Below the pieces are notes generated by a model. That model was not told the DNA's origin. It made no database searches and saw nothing but the letters and a program-made list of their open reading frames with translations. The position numbers were made by a program, and so were the translations under genes. A stretch of 64,000 nucleotides of DNA from Leucoraja erinacea. Its lineage: Eukaryota. Shown here one piece after another: positions 1-11,202 of the stretch (position 1 is its first letter; the number at the start of each line of letters is the position of its first letter). The stretch is taken from NCBI RefSeq assembly GCF_028641065.1, contig NC_073381.1, forward strand, positions 27,032,001 to 27,096,000. Direction: 5' to 3'.

Positions 1-193
1 TATTTGAATGAATGAAAGTATAAATGAATGAATGGATGAATGAATGAATGATTGAATGCTTTATTGTCACATGCGACACTTCACAGTAAAATTCTTTGCT
101 TGCATACCCAAGGTATGCAAATAGTCGCCGCATAAGGTCGCTCACAAAGTTACAAAGTATCGACACCAGGTTGTTCTCAAGGAACATGACTTA

Positions 194-668
194 AGGGCCT
201 GGCCCACGAGCATGCGGCTGCATGCAGCAAGCGCAACCAAACCGGAAGCAGGTGCCGCGCGGGGGTCGCGCAGAGGATGAGTGATCCCCGTACAAGGCCG
301 GTCCCACCAGCATGCGCCTGCATGCGGCGAGCGCGACCAAACCAGAAGCGGGGGCCGCGCGGAGATCGAGAGTGACGTGAAGTTCGAGCGAAGTCCGCGG
401 GAAGCTGTGTACGGCGTTGAGATGCCGCGCACACCCGTTGAGGCGGTGCGTACGGCGTCGAGGCGGCTGCGGGCCGGCAGGCCGTTGCCACGCGGAATTT
501 ATGAACAGTCAGTTTTTCGGAGCCCGGCGCGATGTGGTAACTAGCTCCGCACAACTCCATACGACTCCGGCGATCAAAGTGGGACCGGACCCGCGAGGCC
601 ATACAGCTCAAGCGACCACGTTAGGTCGCGCTTGCTGCATGCAGTCGTATGCTTGTGGGACCGGCCCT
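194..668. mobile_element. Non-autonomous DNA transposon (MITE), PIF/Harbinger-like
   Basis: ~50-bp imperfect TIRs (AGGGCCTGGCCCACGAGCATGCG... / ...CGTATGCTTGTGGGACCGGCCCT) flanked by TTA on both sides (191-193, 669-671); CpG-rich interior; no transposase. Confidence 0.75.
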
Positions 669-800
669 TTAGTCAAACACTGACAAATGTTTAGAAAGAA
701 ATATCCATTTTATTGACTGATGGCTTTTGCGTTGACCTTTAAAGCTTTTATCCATATTTGTCACTCAGGTCTTTCTGTGCAATACTTCTTTGCAGGCAAT

Positions 801-892
801 TGTATTGTATTGTATTGTATTGTATTCAAATTTATTGTCATTGTCTCAATTTGAGACAACGAAATGAATTTCCCTTACAGGCAGTATCATAT
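801..892 (-). mobile_element. 3' tail of a non-LTR retroelement with (TACAA)n tail
   Basis: Reverse complement matches the 3' end at 44690-44798 (GTAAGGGAAATTC...GTTGTCTCAAATTGAGACAATGACAATA...TACAA repeats). Confidence 0.65.
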
Positions 893-1644
893 CAATTGAG
901 TGGCTAATTCAGTGACCTGCTTACAATGCCACACTGAGTTGGAGCAGGTATCGAGAGGAACATGTTCTCATTCCTTTCACCTTGAATATTGAACAGATAG
1001 ATAGTGAGGCAGGAAAATTTAAGGACAGACTTCCAGATCTCAGACACAGCCACCGATGAAAAATTGATGACAATCAAGAATACTCAAGAGGCCAAACTTT
1101 AATGAGTGCCGAAGTTAAAAAAGGTTAAAGAGAATGCAGTGTGTTTGTTATCAAGCAAAGGTTGCAACTCACACTTACAAATTAGCATACATCCCAAGTG
1201 GTCAAATAACTTGCTCAATATCCAAGGTGGACAATAATGCTGGAGAAACTCAGGACGTGAGGCAGCATCTATAGAGCGAAGGACTAGGCGACGTTTCGGG
1301 TCGAGACGTCTATATCTATATCTGTTTAGAGGTAAAGGGCTTTTCCACAACCAGGGGGCATCACCATGTTTGATCTTATTTTTACTTGATAAATCCAAAA
1401 AAAATCAACTCAAAAATGTAGATGAAATACCGTAAATCCCTTTGTCCCCGTCCTACTGTTCAAAAATGTGTCCAATAAGTATTTATTTTATATTCAAAAG
1501 TCTGTTCTTCTAGAATCATTACAGTTATGGAAGGCTTTGTGAAGTGAGGCATCAGTCGTGTTAATTTGCTTCATTAACAGAGTGGTGGTCATAGCCAGGA
1601 GCTGCACATCACACTAAGTGGAAATGCATGGAAGATACGCATAA

Positions 1645-2020
1645 AGCAATTTCTCTAACCTCAAATAAACATTGCATCCCCTCTCTCTCCGTCCCTCCCC
1701 CACCCTAGTCACGGTACTTGTTTCACTGTCGTCCAGTTGAGATTCAGTATCTGTGTACTTCGTTATCGCCTATCCCACAGCCAACAATGGACCATTGTGG
1801 CTCCATCTTTCCTTGATTATTGTGGCATTTTTCATACCTTCCATGCATTTGCCCTATATCTGTCACTTCCCATTCCCCTGCGCTCAGTCTGAAGAAGGAT
1901 CTGGAGCTGAAACGGCACCTATTCCTGTTCTCCAGAGATGCTGCCTGGCCCGCTGAGTTACTCCAGCCTTTTGTGTCTGTCTTCGGTTTAAACCAGCATC
2001 TGCAAATCCTCCCTACACAC
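1645..2020 (+). mobile_element. Penelope-associated repeat (pLTR-like) with degenerate hammerhead motif
   Basis: CAGTCTGAAGAAGG...GAAAC followed by TCTCCAGAGATGCTGCCTGGCCCGCTGAGTTACTCCAGC, a tail found many times in the window. Confidence 0.6.
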
Positions 2021-2296
2021 TTCTAAGTCTTTGCTAAAGTCACTTGGCACTGCTGCAATTAGCCATGTAACAACAGGAAAGAAAACCGGATCAGTATAAT
2101 ACATAAACTACCAAAGGCATAATTAGAAGGCAAGTATTTCACCGGGATTTTTGGTATTCTGTTTAATTAAGTGGGTATCGCCTGTTAAATTCATAATTGG
2201 CTTCATCTTTTTAAGATCAACCCAACCACTTGTGTATTATTCTGGCACAATAATAATAATCCATTGGACTATCTTTAATTGGACTTTACCTTGCAC

Positions 2297-2363
<67 letters not shown>

Positions 2364-2690
2364 TTTATTTATGGGCGCCTTTCAAGAGTCTCAAGGACAC
2401 CTTACAAAAATTTAGCAGGTAGAGGAAAACATGCAAGGGGAATGAAATAAATAGTAGAGACATGACTAGTACACAGAGTAAATACAGAATTCAATACAAA
2501 ACACAGTATGAGGCAATTAATACACAGATGAAATGGGACGGCACGTAGGGCTAAGGATAGGCAGAGGTGAAGAGATGGATCATGAGGCAGGACTGGAAGA
2601 TGGTGAGGGACACGGAATTGTGGATCAGTTGGGGGAGGGAGTTCCAGAGCCTGGGAGCTGCCCTGGAAAAGGCTCTGTCCCCAAAACTGC
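2297..2690 (-). mobile_element. L2-clade LINE 3' fragment with (TTA)n tail
   Basis: Minus strand encodes GDRAFSRAAPRLWNSLP (L2 ORF2 C-terminus); ends AAGGCGCCCATAAATAAAAT followed by ~21 TTA units (2297-2360). Confidence 0.7.
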
Positions 2691-2834
2691 ATTATTCCCT
2701 TTACCCTGTATCTGTACACTCGGCTCAATTGTAATAAATTCATAAGTGATAGTAGCAGAATTAAGCCATTAGGCCCATCAAGTCTACTCCACCATGCAAC
2801 GATCTTTCCCTCTTAACCCCATTCTCGTGCTGAT

Positions 2835-3100
2835 GTAGAGTTGCTCCCTTACAGGACCAGAGACCCGAGTTCGATCCTGACTACGGATGCTATCTGTACA
2901 GAATATGTATGTTCTCCCCATGACCACGTGTGTTTTCCCCAGGTGCTCCGATTTCCTCCCTTCCTCCAAAGACGTACAGGTTTGTAGGTTAATTGACCGG
3001 TAAAAATTGTAGATTGTCCCTAGTGTGTAGGATAATGCTAGTGTACGGGGATCACTGGTTAGCGCAGATTCACTGGCCTGTTTCCACTCTGTATCTCTAA
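2835..3100 (+). mobile_element. tRNA-derived V-SINE (HE1-like)
   Basis: B-box GAGTTCGATCC, V-domain TGTTCTCCCC...TCCGATTTCCTCCC...CCAAAGACGTACAGG, CR1-type tail GGCCTGTTTCC. Confidence 0.75.
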
Positions 3101-3894
3101 AAAAAAAAAAAAAACCTAAGAAAGCTTTTCACTGTACCTCGGTACACATGACAATAAACTGCACTAAACGAAAGGAAAAATGTTAAACATCCCAATCACG
3201 TTGGGTGATGTGACCTTCAGTTGTTGGTGCTGCCACACAGTCTGTCCCTATCCACCCTGGTGGAGCTGGTGAAGGTTCACGGGGTGCTGTGGAAAAGGTT
3301 TAGTGAGTTAATGGTGGGCACGCCATGGTTAATGCAAGCCGCAGCCGCAGTATATCAACTGCAAGGCGGTGGATGTTTAGGTTAGTGGATGGAATGTTGA
3401 TCAAGTGAACTCTAACTTACTCTCATCATGCTGTCACAGTATGATGAATAGAATGTAGGGAGACACTACAGAAAAAACAAAAATGCTTTTAACACTGACA
3501 ACAGCACAATAAATTGATAACTTCCACACCAAGCTGCACATGGGCCCTTACCATTCATCCCAGCTATCTTCACTTACATGCCTTATATTTTGAAATGGGT
3601 AAGAATAAATAGAAATCTTGAAATGCCTTCTCAGCGCTATAGCCCTGTGCTGCTTTGGACCATGAATCTGTTACATGATTTAGCTAAAGATGTAACATTA
3701 GGCCAGTATTTTAGAGTATTGTTGGATTTGGTTCGGTGATTGGGAACATATTTGCCGAGTTTTGGTTCCTGGAAATTTTACACATAGTAATTTAACAACT
3801 TTGAGAGATTTGTTGAAATAGAATACTTCAACATGCCAACTCTACCCAGCCAATGGAAAGCACCTCCCAAGTGGCCAAAATTCAACTTCCATTT

Positions 3895-4594
3895 CATGTT
3901 CAAGTTCAAGTTCAAACTTGTGTTTATTGTCACTTAACTATCTAAGATACAGTGAAATTTGAGTTATCGTACAGCCATACTAAGTGAAAAGAACACAATA
4001 CACACATTAAACATAAACATACACCATAGTGAAATCAACATTCCTCACTGTGATAGAAGGCAATAAAGTTCAGTCATTTTCCTCGTTGCTCCCCCGTGTT
4101 GGGGCCTTGAACCCTCCACACTTGCTGTTGCCGACGGTCCAATGTTCAAGCGCTCTCGTCGTGATGGTCCGGACAGATTGGAACACTCCGCGACTTGGAA
4201 CTCCCGAGTCGACCACTTCTTACCGGAGACCGCGGTCTTTACGTTGTTAAAGTCCACAGGCCCCGAGGTCAGAGCTTTTCTTCTGCCGATCGTCGGAAAA
4301 GGATCCCCGGCTCTGTGATGGTAAGTCTGTGCTGTGCACACGGCTTGAAACTCCAGGCCGCACCACTCCAGGTTGATAGGCCGAGGCGGGGGGGGGGGGG
4401 GGGGGGGGGCAGAGATGCAACACAGAGAAAATTGCATCTCCGTCGAGGTAAATGGCTGGAAAAAGTTTCGCCCGATCCCCCCCCACCCATCCCACACATA
4501 AGACATACTAAGAGACATAAAACAAACATTGTAAACATTCTTAAAATAATAAAAACAGAGAAGTAGACAAATAGGCTGCTGGCGAGGCAGCCAC
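3895..4594 (-). mobile_element. Non-autonomous retroelement with GC-rich body and (TTGAAC)n tail
   Basis: Reverse complement starts GTGGCTGCCTCGCCAGCAG and is homologous to 59421-60095 (both give a MELPSRPLLT-DRGL reading frame). Confidence 0.65.
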
Positions 4595-4835
4595 ATGTAT
4601 GTTCTCAGTTAATTTTTAGAATCAACATTTTTTTAAATCTCTAAGGTTGATTGTTTTATTTGAACCTGGGACTAAATGTGTCAATTCGTAACTTATTACC
4701 CTTTACCGATTATTCCATTTCCTCTTCCTCGCATCCCCTCATACCGTTTAATTTTCCCCATAATTCCTTGCCTTGACCATATTCACTTCATTCTGACCCT
4801 CAACTACTCTCCCCACTTCTTCTTCCCATGAAAAT

Positions 4836-5070
4836 TCATGTTCATAAGTTCATAAATTATAGGAATAGAATTAGGCCATTCGGCCCATCAAGTCTACTCC
4901 TCCATTCAATCATGGCTAATCATTCTTTCCCTCTCAACCCCATTCTCCTGCCTTCTCCCCATAACCACTGACTCCCATACTAATCAAGAATCCACCTTAA
5001 AAATATCAATTGGTCTCCATGGACTTCTGTGGCAATCAATTCCATAGACCACCCTCTGACTAAAGAAATT
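4836..5070 (-). mobile_element. CR1/HER1 LINE 3' end
   Basis: TAGGCCATTCGGCCCATCAAGTCTACTCC...CCTGCCTTCTCCCCATAACC, the reverse complement of the CR1 3' UTR and GYGEKAG terminus. Confidence 0.7.
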
Positions 5071-5516
5071 CTACAATCACCGACAAGCCGAGGATTTTGC
5101 TGCATGTCTCGAATGATGATTTACAGTTCCAGGTGGACTTGGGGCTGCTGTGTCGCTAATGGGTCAGGACACCTGGGAGAGGATCGGATCGCCGAAACTG
5201 AAACCGGCCAACATCCGCCTTTTTGGATACAGACGACAGCCCATTCCCACGAAAGGCAAATGCACTGTCGCCGTTTCCTGTAATGGTATGACACAGATGT
5301 TGCCGTTGATCGTCGTTGGTAGAGAAGGTACATCCCTGTGCGCCATCGATTGGATCCATGCTTTCAAGCTTGACATGAACGATGATGGATGAACTATGGC
5401 ATTGTCAACTACCATGTATTGCAACAAGGTCAGCAAGTGCGAGAACAACCTGCAGACGGTTTTTGACCAGTTTCCGGACGTTTTCGCACCTGGACTCGGG
5501 CATTGCACAAAGATGA

Positions 5517-6314
5517 ATGCATGGCTCATACTCAAAGACGATGTCATCCCTAAGTTCTTCAAACCAAGACCCGTTCAGTTGGATGGACGCCGTCGACAAG
5601 GAACTCTGCCGTCATGAGGAAATGGGAATTATCACCCATGTGGACCATTCAGAATGGGCCACACGCATAGTTGTGGTTCAGAAGCCTTGCAGCAAGTTGC
5701 GCATCTGTGGCGAATACAAAGTGACTATAAACCCTCAATTGCACATTGATCAACACCCCATACCAAAAGTGGACGAGCTGTTCGTCAAGCTGCAAGGAAG
5801 ACAGTACTTCTCGAAATTGGACATGTCTTGCACGTATCTCCAAGTGGAACTGGATGACGAGACAAAAAACTTGCTCGTGATCAACACACACAAGAGACTG
5901 TTCAGATACAACCGATTGTCGTTTGGACCGGCACCGGCCATCTTCCAGAAACTTGTCGACAATCTGGTTTCTGGAATTCCGTACGTAGCCGCCTACCTGG
6001 AGAACATAATTGTCATCGGCCGGACAGAGGAAGAATACCTGCAGAACCTAAAACAGGTCCTCACGGCACTGAACAACTACGGCATGAAGTTGCGCAAGGA
6101 CAAGTGCGCATTCTCCCGACAACAGGTCACATATCTCGGACATATGATCTCGGCAAGTGGTCTGAAGCCATCGGAAGAAAGAGTGGATGCCATTGTGAAA
6201 TTGCCGATGTCTGAAAATGTGAATCAGCGTGAAAGCTTCATTGGCAAGGTGAACCACTATGGCAAGTTCATACCGGCACTTTTGACATTGTGCGCACAAT
6301 TGAACAACCTGTGA
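5517..6314 (+). pseudogene. Gypsy reverse transcriptase, inactive
   Basis: RT motifs present but catalytic YxDD reads YLEN; frameshift upstream and stop at 6312-6314. Confidence 0.85.
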
Positions 6315-6844
6315 AAACAGGATGTCGAATGGCACTGGTCCAAAGAGTGTAACCATGCATTCACAAGATTGAAGGAGATGCTCACCCAGAAGACGCGTTT
6401 GGTCCACTATGACCCATCAAAGCTGATCTCGCTGGCCGCCAATGCATTGCCGTATGGTCTTGGAGCTGTAATCTCACAAACAGCGCCGAATGGACAGGAA
6501 GAATCAATCGCGCTCGCATCCAAAACGCTGACGACCGCCGAGAAAAACTACAGTCAAGTGGAGAAAGAAGCACTGGTGATCGTGTTTGGTGTCCGGAAGT
6601 TCCACCAATATTTGAGTGGGCGACATTTCCTGCTCATCACCGACCACAAGCCGCTGCCGACTATTTTTGGTACGGAGAAAAGTTTGCCTGTCATGACGTT
6701 GCAGCGTCTACAACGTTGGGCCCTGATCATGATGGGATATGATTACCACATCATTTACCGACAGTCTGCCGAGCTTGCCAATGCCGATGCACTGTCTCAT
6801 CTACAGATTGGACCTGACCTGACATTCAATAAAGAGGAGGCAAT

Positions 6845-7146
6845 TCAAACAAGAGGCCATGACTTCAGAATTAAGGGACAGAAGTTTAGGGGTAACATGA
6901 GGGGGAAATTCGTTACTCAAAGAGTGGTAGCGGTGTGGAATGAGCTTCCAGTGGAAGTGGTGGAGGCAGGTTCATTGGTATCATTTAAAAATAAATTGGA
7001 TAGGCATATGGATGAGAAGGGAATGGATGGTTATGGTATGAGTGCAGGCAGGTGGGACTAAGGGAAAAAATGTTGTTCGGCACGGACTTGTAGGGCCGAG
7101 ATGGCCTGTTTCCATGCTGTAATTGTTATATGGTTATATGGTTATA
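6845..7146 (+). mobile_element. CR1 LINE 3' fragment inserted into the Gypsy pol
   Basis: TRGHDFRIKG...FVTQRVVAVWNELP CR1 C-terminus fused in frame to Gypsy RNaseH; (ATGGTTAT)n tail; Gypsy sequence resumes at ~7147. Confidence 0.8.
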
Positions 7147-7860
7147 ATGGAAATTGAGATGGACGTGAACCTGCTCAACACGCGGGTCATCGCCGATTTC
7201 CCCATCTCCGCAAGGACGGTCGCCAACTACACGTGCACAGACCCCATATTGTCGAAGATACAACAATTTGTCACTCAGGGGTGGCCGAACAGTCCTAAGC
7301 GGGACAAGGAATTCCCATTTTCGCAATGCGCGATTTCTTACAGCAATATCGAACCGTTCCAAACTGCACTACCGGTCGAACTCCAGTGGAGTTGATGCTC
7401 GGACGTCAAGTGTGTTCTCCCCTATCAGTTTTGAACCTCTTATACGGTGCGCACTCAGCCAACGAAGTTGAACAAGTCCAAATTCGACATTGGTGACATC
7501 GTATATCGCCGCAATTTTACGGCCAAGAAAAGCAAATAGAGCGCTGGCAGAATCATGGCTCACATTGGAACCAAAATGCATACCGTCCAGGGACAAGAAG
7601 GACAATGCCAATGGCATGATGACCAATTAAGAAGCTGCATTCCTCCAGCGAAGACTGCACAGAACCTGACCAGAACCAAACAGTCGGACACCCCGGTGCC
7701 GAATCGTGTGGATACCGGAGTGTCTAACTTTGACGAAGTTCCACCAGACAAACTCCCCGCCGATCTGCCTGTGCCCTTCGTCGATCGACACGTTGCAATC
7801 GTGCTATTCCCCCAAGGTGACCCCTTCAGGAATAGAGACGTTCAAACTGCAAAGGGGGAG

Positions 7861-8091
7861 TGTGATGTTTGGTGGACTGTGTGCAGTGGGAGGACCCGTT
7901 GCTCCTACCATGCAACAAGTGGTGCTGCACAGGACAAATGGAGATGTTTTGTAAATAGTTTTTCCTGTCTGTAGACATGAGTGTGCAGCCATTTTTGAGT
8001 TGTCTTGCTGCCAGCATTGAGTCATATATAAAAGACTTCTGTTGTACCCTGAAGACTCTCAAGTTTCATGCTGACCTAGAAAAAGAACACA
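7861..8091 (+). repeat. Gypsy 3' LTR
   Basis: Begins TGTG directly after the PPT, contains TATATAAAAG (~8025), probable end ...GAACACA. Confidence 0.6.
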
Positions 8092-8509
8092 AAATTAGTG
8101 GAAACATCCTCTCCACACCTACTCTAGTCTGACTTCTATTGTTCCATTGCACTTTCCTACCTTGTATATTTAACACCTTCCCTCACTTTGTCCTGGTTAA
8201 ATAAAGGTTCATTTGTCTGAAACATTAATTCTTCCACAGTTGCTGGCAGATGCTCTAAGAATTTCCAGCATTTCTATTTTTGTTTCAGATATCCAGCATC
8301 TGATTTTTTTGCATTTAAGTTTTGCTCATTTGCTTTTAAGGCTGTACAACAAATACTTCCCTCATAAAAATAAACCAGCATCGGCAATTCCTTCCTACAC
8401 CCTCCAGAGATAGAGTCTGGCCCACTGAGTTACTCCTGCACTTTGTGTTTTATCATTATTATTGGTAGCCTCCCTGCTCTGTGACTACATAGTAACTACC
8501 AAAAGACAA

Positions 8510-9085
8510 GTTTAGTTTAGTTTAGTTTAATTGAGATATAGCGCAAAAAAAGGCTTTTCGGCCCACCGAGGCCGCAATGACCAACGATTGCCACACTCTA
8601 ACACTGGGGAGAACATACAAATTCCTTACGGATAGCATTTGTAGTCAGGATCATAGAAACATAGAAACATAGAAATTAGGTGCAGGAGTAGGCCATTCGG
8701 CCCTTCGAGCCTGCACCGCCATTCAATATGATCATGGCTGATCATCCAACTCAGTATCCCGTACCTGCATTCTCTCCATACCCCCTGATCCCCTTAGCCA
8801 CAAGGGCCACATCTAACTCCCTCTTAAATATAGCCAATGAACTGGCCTCAACTATCCTCTGTGGCAGAGAGTTCCAGAGAACCTGGGTATCTGGTGTTCT
8901 AAGACAGCAGCTCTCGTTCAAGTTCAAATGAGTTTATTGTCGTGTGTCCCTGTATAGGACAATGAAATTCTTGCTTTGCTTCAGCACACAGAACATAGTA
9001 GGCATTTACTACAAAACAGATAAGTGTGTCCATATACCATAAAATAAATATATACCGCTCTACCGCTGCGCCACTGTGCCACTGC
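8510..9085 (-). mobile_element. V-SINE broken by nested insertions (CR1 3' end 8653-8880; second retro-tail ~8916-9050)
   Basis: SINE tail (TAAAC)n at 8510, SINE body resumes at 8881 and SINE head CTCTACCGCTGCGCCAC at ~9058; CR1 tail (CATAGAAA)n at 8653. Confidence 0.65.
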
Positions 9086-9995
9086 GTAAAAACTGTCAAC
9101 AGCCACTAATACCACTCGTGCAACCAATGGGCTATGTTTACTGGACTCCCTGGACTTCAGATCAGCTCTCCAAATCCCTGCCACGTTACAATTGACAGAG
9201 GTTCAGTGGAGCATATTGGGCTTAATGCAAAGTAATCAAACCGGGCTGAGAATCTAATCTCATGTCATTCCCAGTGGGATAACAACATTTACATTTTAGC
9301 TGAAAATCTTTAAACCATATTTTGATAAGCCTAACTCTTAGCAATGTACTTTAAATAAAAAATGCACTCTCCTTTGAAAACATCCCTGAGAAACAGAAGC
9401 TCAGAAAATCTTGAGGATGTTTTGCACCATTCACCAAACTCAGGTTAAATAAGGACATCTCCTGGAATGAAGGAAGTTCCATAATCCTCACAGCAACAAT
9501 CGTCACTGAGGATGTTGCGTGTCTGAGACTGCATTGCCAGAGCTATTTAGATAGAAAATAAATTATGTCTTACTCAAAAAAACAGTTCTAATTTATGATT
9601 TTACTCTGAAGCAGAAATGTCTTGGTTAAGAAAATGACGAACATAAAAAGTACAGAGGAAAGCCTGAAATTGTTTCTGATGGATGAATTCTGTGGTTTAA
9701 CATTTGCATCAATTTGCTTGGGTGTCTGTGTGTGTGCTGTAAACATGTCTGAGTATTTGTCTATGTGTTTGTATTTGGAGCATCAGAGTGTATGTGTGGG
9801 TGTGTGTAGGAGCCATTCTGTTAGTTAGTATATTATAGTATTTTGTATAGATTGCTCCAGCTGTTTTTTTTTGTAAGTTTGTGGATGAGATTATATACAT
9901 AGATGGGTGTGTCTACATCGGAGGAGGCTAGCGTAGCCACGGAGAGTGGGCTGGTCAGTTTAGCCACAAGGGATGAAGGAGACAGCAGTTTTTAC

Positions 9996-10496
9996 CTCAC
10001 GTCGCCACACGACACGCGGGCTGTGGAGCTTACTCCTGCGTCAGCGCGATCAAGGAACCAATCGAGGTTACTCGCGCTGACACAGTAAGTTACACCGCCC
10101 GCTGTCCTGTTATACATCGCCCACTGACCCACTCTTGAGCTGGTCCCCTCACTGCCAGGTCTACATTGAAAGACACGGACCGGGCAGTGAATGCCATGCA
10201 GTGTCACCCAGTGCAGCTAGTGAGGCCATGTGCTGCCCCTGGCGGCAATTGGAATGTACGGATTTGCATGAAGCGGCTGGCATGAGCGAGGTGTTCAGAT
10301 GGAGAGCACTGCCAGAGGTGAGCGGGCCGGCAGAAAGCGCTGAGGTGGCGGCCGGTTCCGCTGCCCGGACCCTGCGGCCGGTTCCTGCGCAGCAACCCGA
10401 GCCACTTCCCTCCCCGGCCACAATGCGATAGCTCCGCGCCCGGAGCGTCGGAGCAGCTTTACCCCTGGCCAGACTTCCCACACGCTGTGAAAGAAA
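9996..10496 (-). other. CpG-rich putative first exon/5'UTR of an unidentified minus-strand host gene (possible N-terminus MYNRTAGGVTYCVSASNLDWFLDRADAG from ATG 10117)
   Basis: Non-repetitive, GC/CpG-rich; ATG in GCGATG context; candidate donors GGA|GTAAGC (exon end 10034) and GAG|GTAAAA (exon end 9996); peptide not recognised. Confidence 0.3.
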
Positions 10497-10504
10497 CTCT
10501 CCCC

Positions 10505-11194
10505 TTTTTTTTTTTTTTCCATTTTCATATATTTATTCTGATAAATTCAGCGCATTTAACTGTACGAAGTAGGGTCTTCTTCCCAAATGATGGTCGAAAT
10601 GTCTCACGACATACTGCACATCCCAGAGATCAAGCTATTCCAGTGCTTTTATGATTGCTTCATTGGCTTCTACATTAATTAATGCTTCCGCACGTTCCAC
10701 CTCGTCAGTGGCAGTTGAAAGTTCAGCGTTAGCCTTATCCAGGTTGGCCTTTGCAGCAGTGACATCCAAATTGTCCAAGACTGTTGCCTCTTCAGCTAAC
10801 AGCTGAACCGAGGAGTCTGCATTCACTGTCACTGAACCACTGCTCACAAAATATTTAGTCTGACCACCCTCCTCATCAATGACAGTGACAACTCCAGGTT
10901 TTAGCACCTGAAGCGTGGGCACATGAGCTGGTAGAATACCAAAGCTTCCAGTCAGGGTTGGAACATCTACTTGTTTAACACTTGCTTCATTATAGAATAC
11001 CTTGGTCGGAGAAGCAAAGGTGAAGGACATCCTGACGGCGGAGGCCAAAGCCGGTGCCGCCTCGGCATAGCCCCTAGCAAGCACTGCCCGTGCCGAGGGC
11101 AAGGCACCGGGTCGGAGTATGGAGCAGATCCTGGCGGCGAACATGCCCGCAGCTTCCCGTCCGGATCCGGCAGCTCCAGCAAGGACAAGCCGAC
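10505..11194 (-). other. ATP5F1D: Processed (retroposed) ATP5F1D mRNA copy including 5'UTR, 3'UTR and poly(A)
   Basis: No introns; AATAAA (10537-10532) 13 nt before an A14 tail (10518-10505); direct repeat CTCTCCCC at 10497-10504 and 11195-11202 (TSD). Confidence 0.92.
10635..11144 (-). CDS. ATP5F1D: ATP synthase F1 subunit delta, mitochondrial (intact retrocopy, 169 aa)
   Basis: MFAARICSILRPG...ARGYAEAA presequence, then MSFTFASPT...VKQVDVPTLTGSFGILPAHVPTLQVLKPGVVTV...YFVSSGSVTVNADSSVQLLAEEA...EANEAIIKALE; true ATG at 11144; no stops or frameshifts. Confidence 0.95.
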   Translation of the reverse strand: MFAARICSILRPGALPSARAVLARGYAEAAPALASAVRMSFTFASPTKVFYNEASVKQVDVPTLTGSFGILPAHVPTLQVLKPGVVTVIDEEGGQTKYFVSSGSVTVNADSSVQLLAEEATVLDNLDVTAAKANLDKANAELSTATDEVERAEALINVEANEAIIKALE

Positions 11195-11202
11195 CTCTCC
11201 CC

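Larger units (their letters stand above)
5075..8091 (+). mobile_element. Degenerate Ty3/Gypsy LTR retrotransposon (protease-RT-RNaseH, integrase largely deleted, 3' LTR)
   Basis: ORFs 5150-5392 (protease C-term), 5517-6314 (RT: LRICGEYK, FSKLDM, YLEN instead of YLDD), 6369-6845 (RNaseH: NYSQVEKEAL, TDHKPL); PPT AAAGGGGGAG 7851-7860 followed by TG-start LTR. Confidence 0.85.

Noticed and set aside
142-683. Several overlapping GC-rich ORFs
   Set aside because: Stop-poor MITE interior; no recognisable domain
2151-2450. Poly-isoleucine ORF
   Set aside because: (TAA)n tail of an L2 element
2835-2900. tRNA genes suggested by A/B boxes
   Set aside because: tRNA-derived SINE heads followed by V-domain and LINE tail; no cloverleaf
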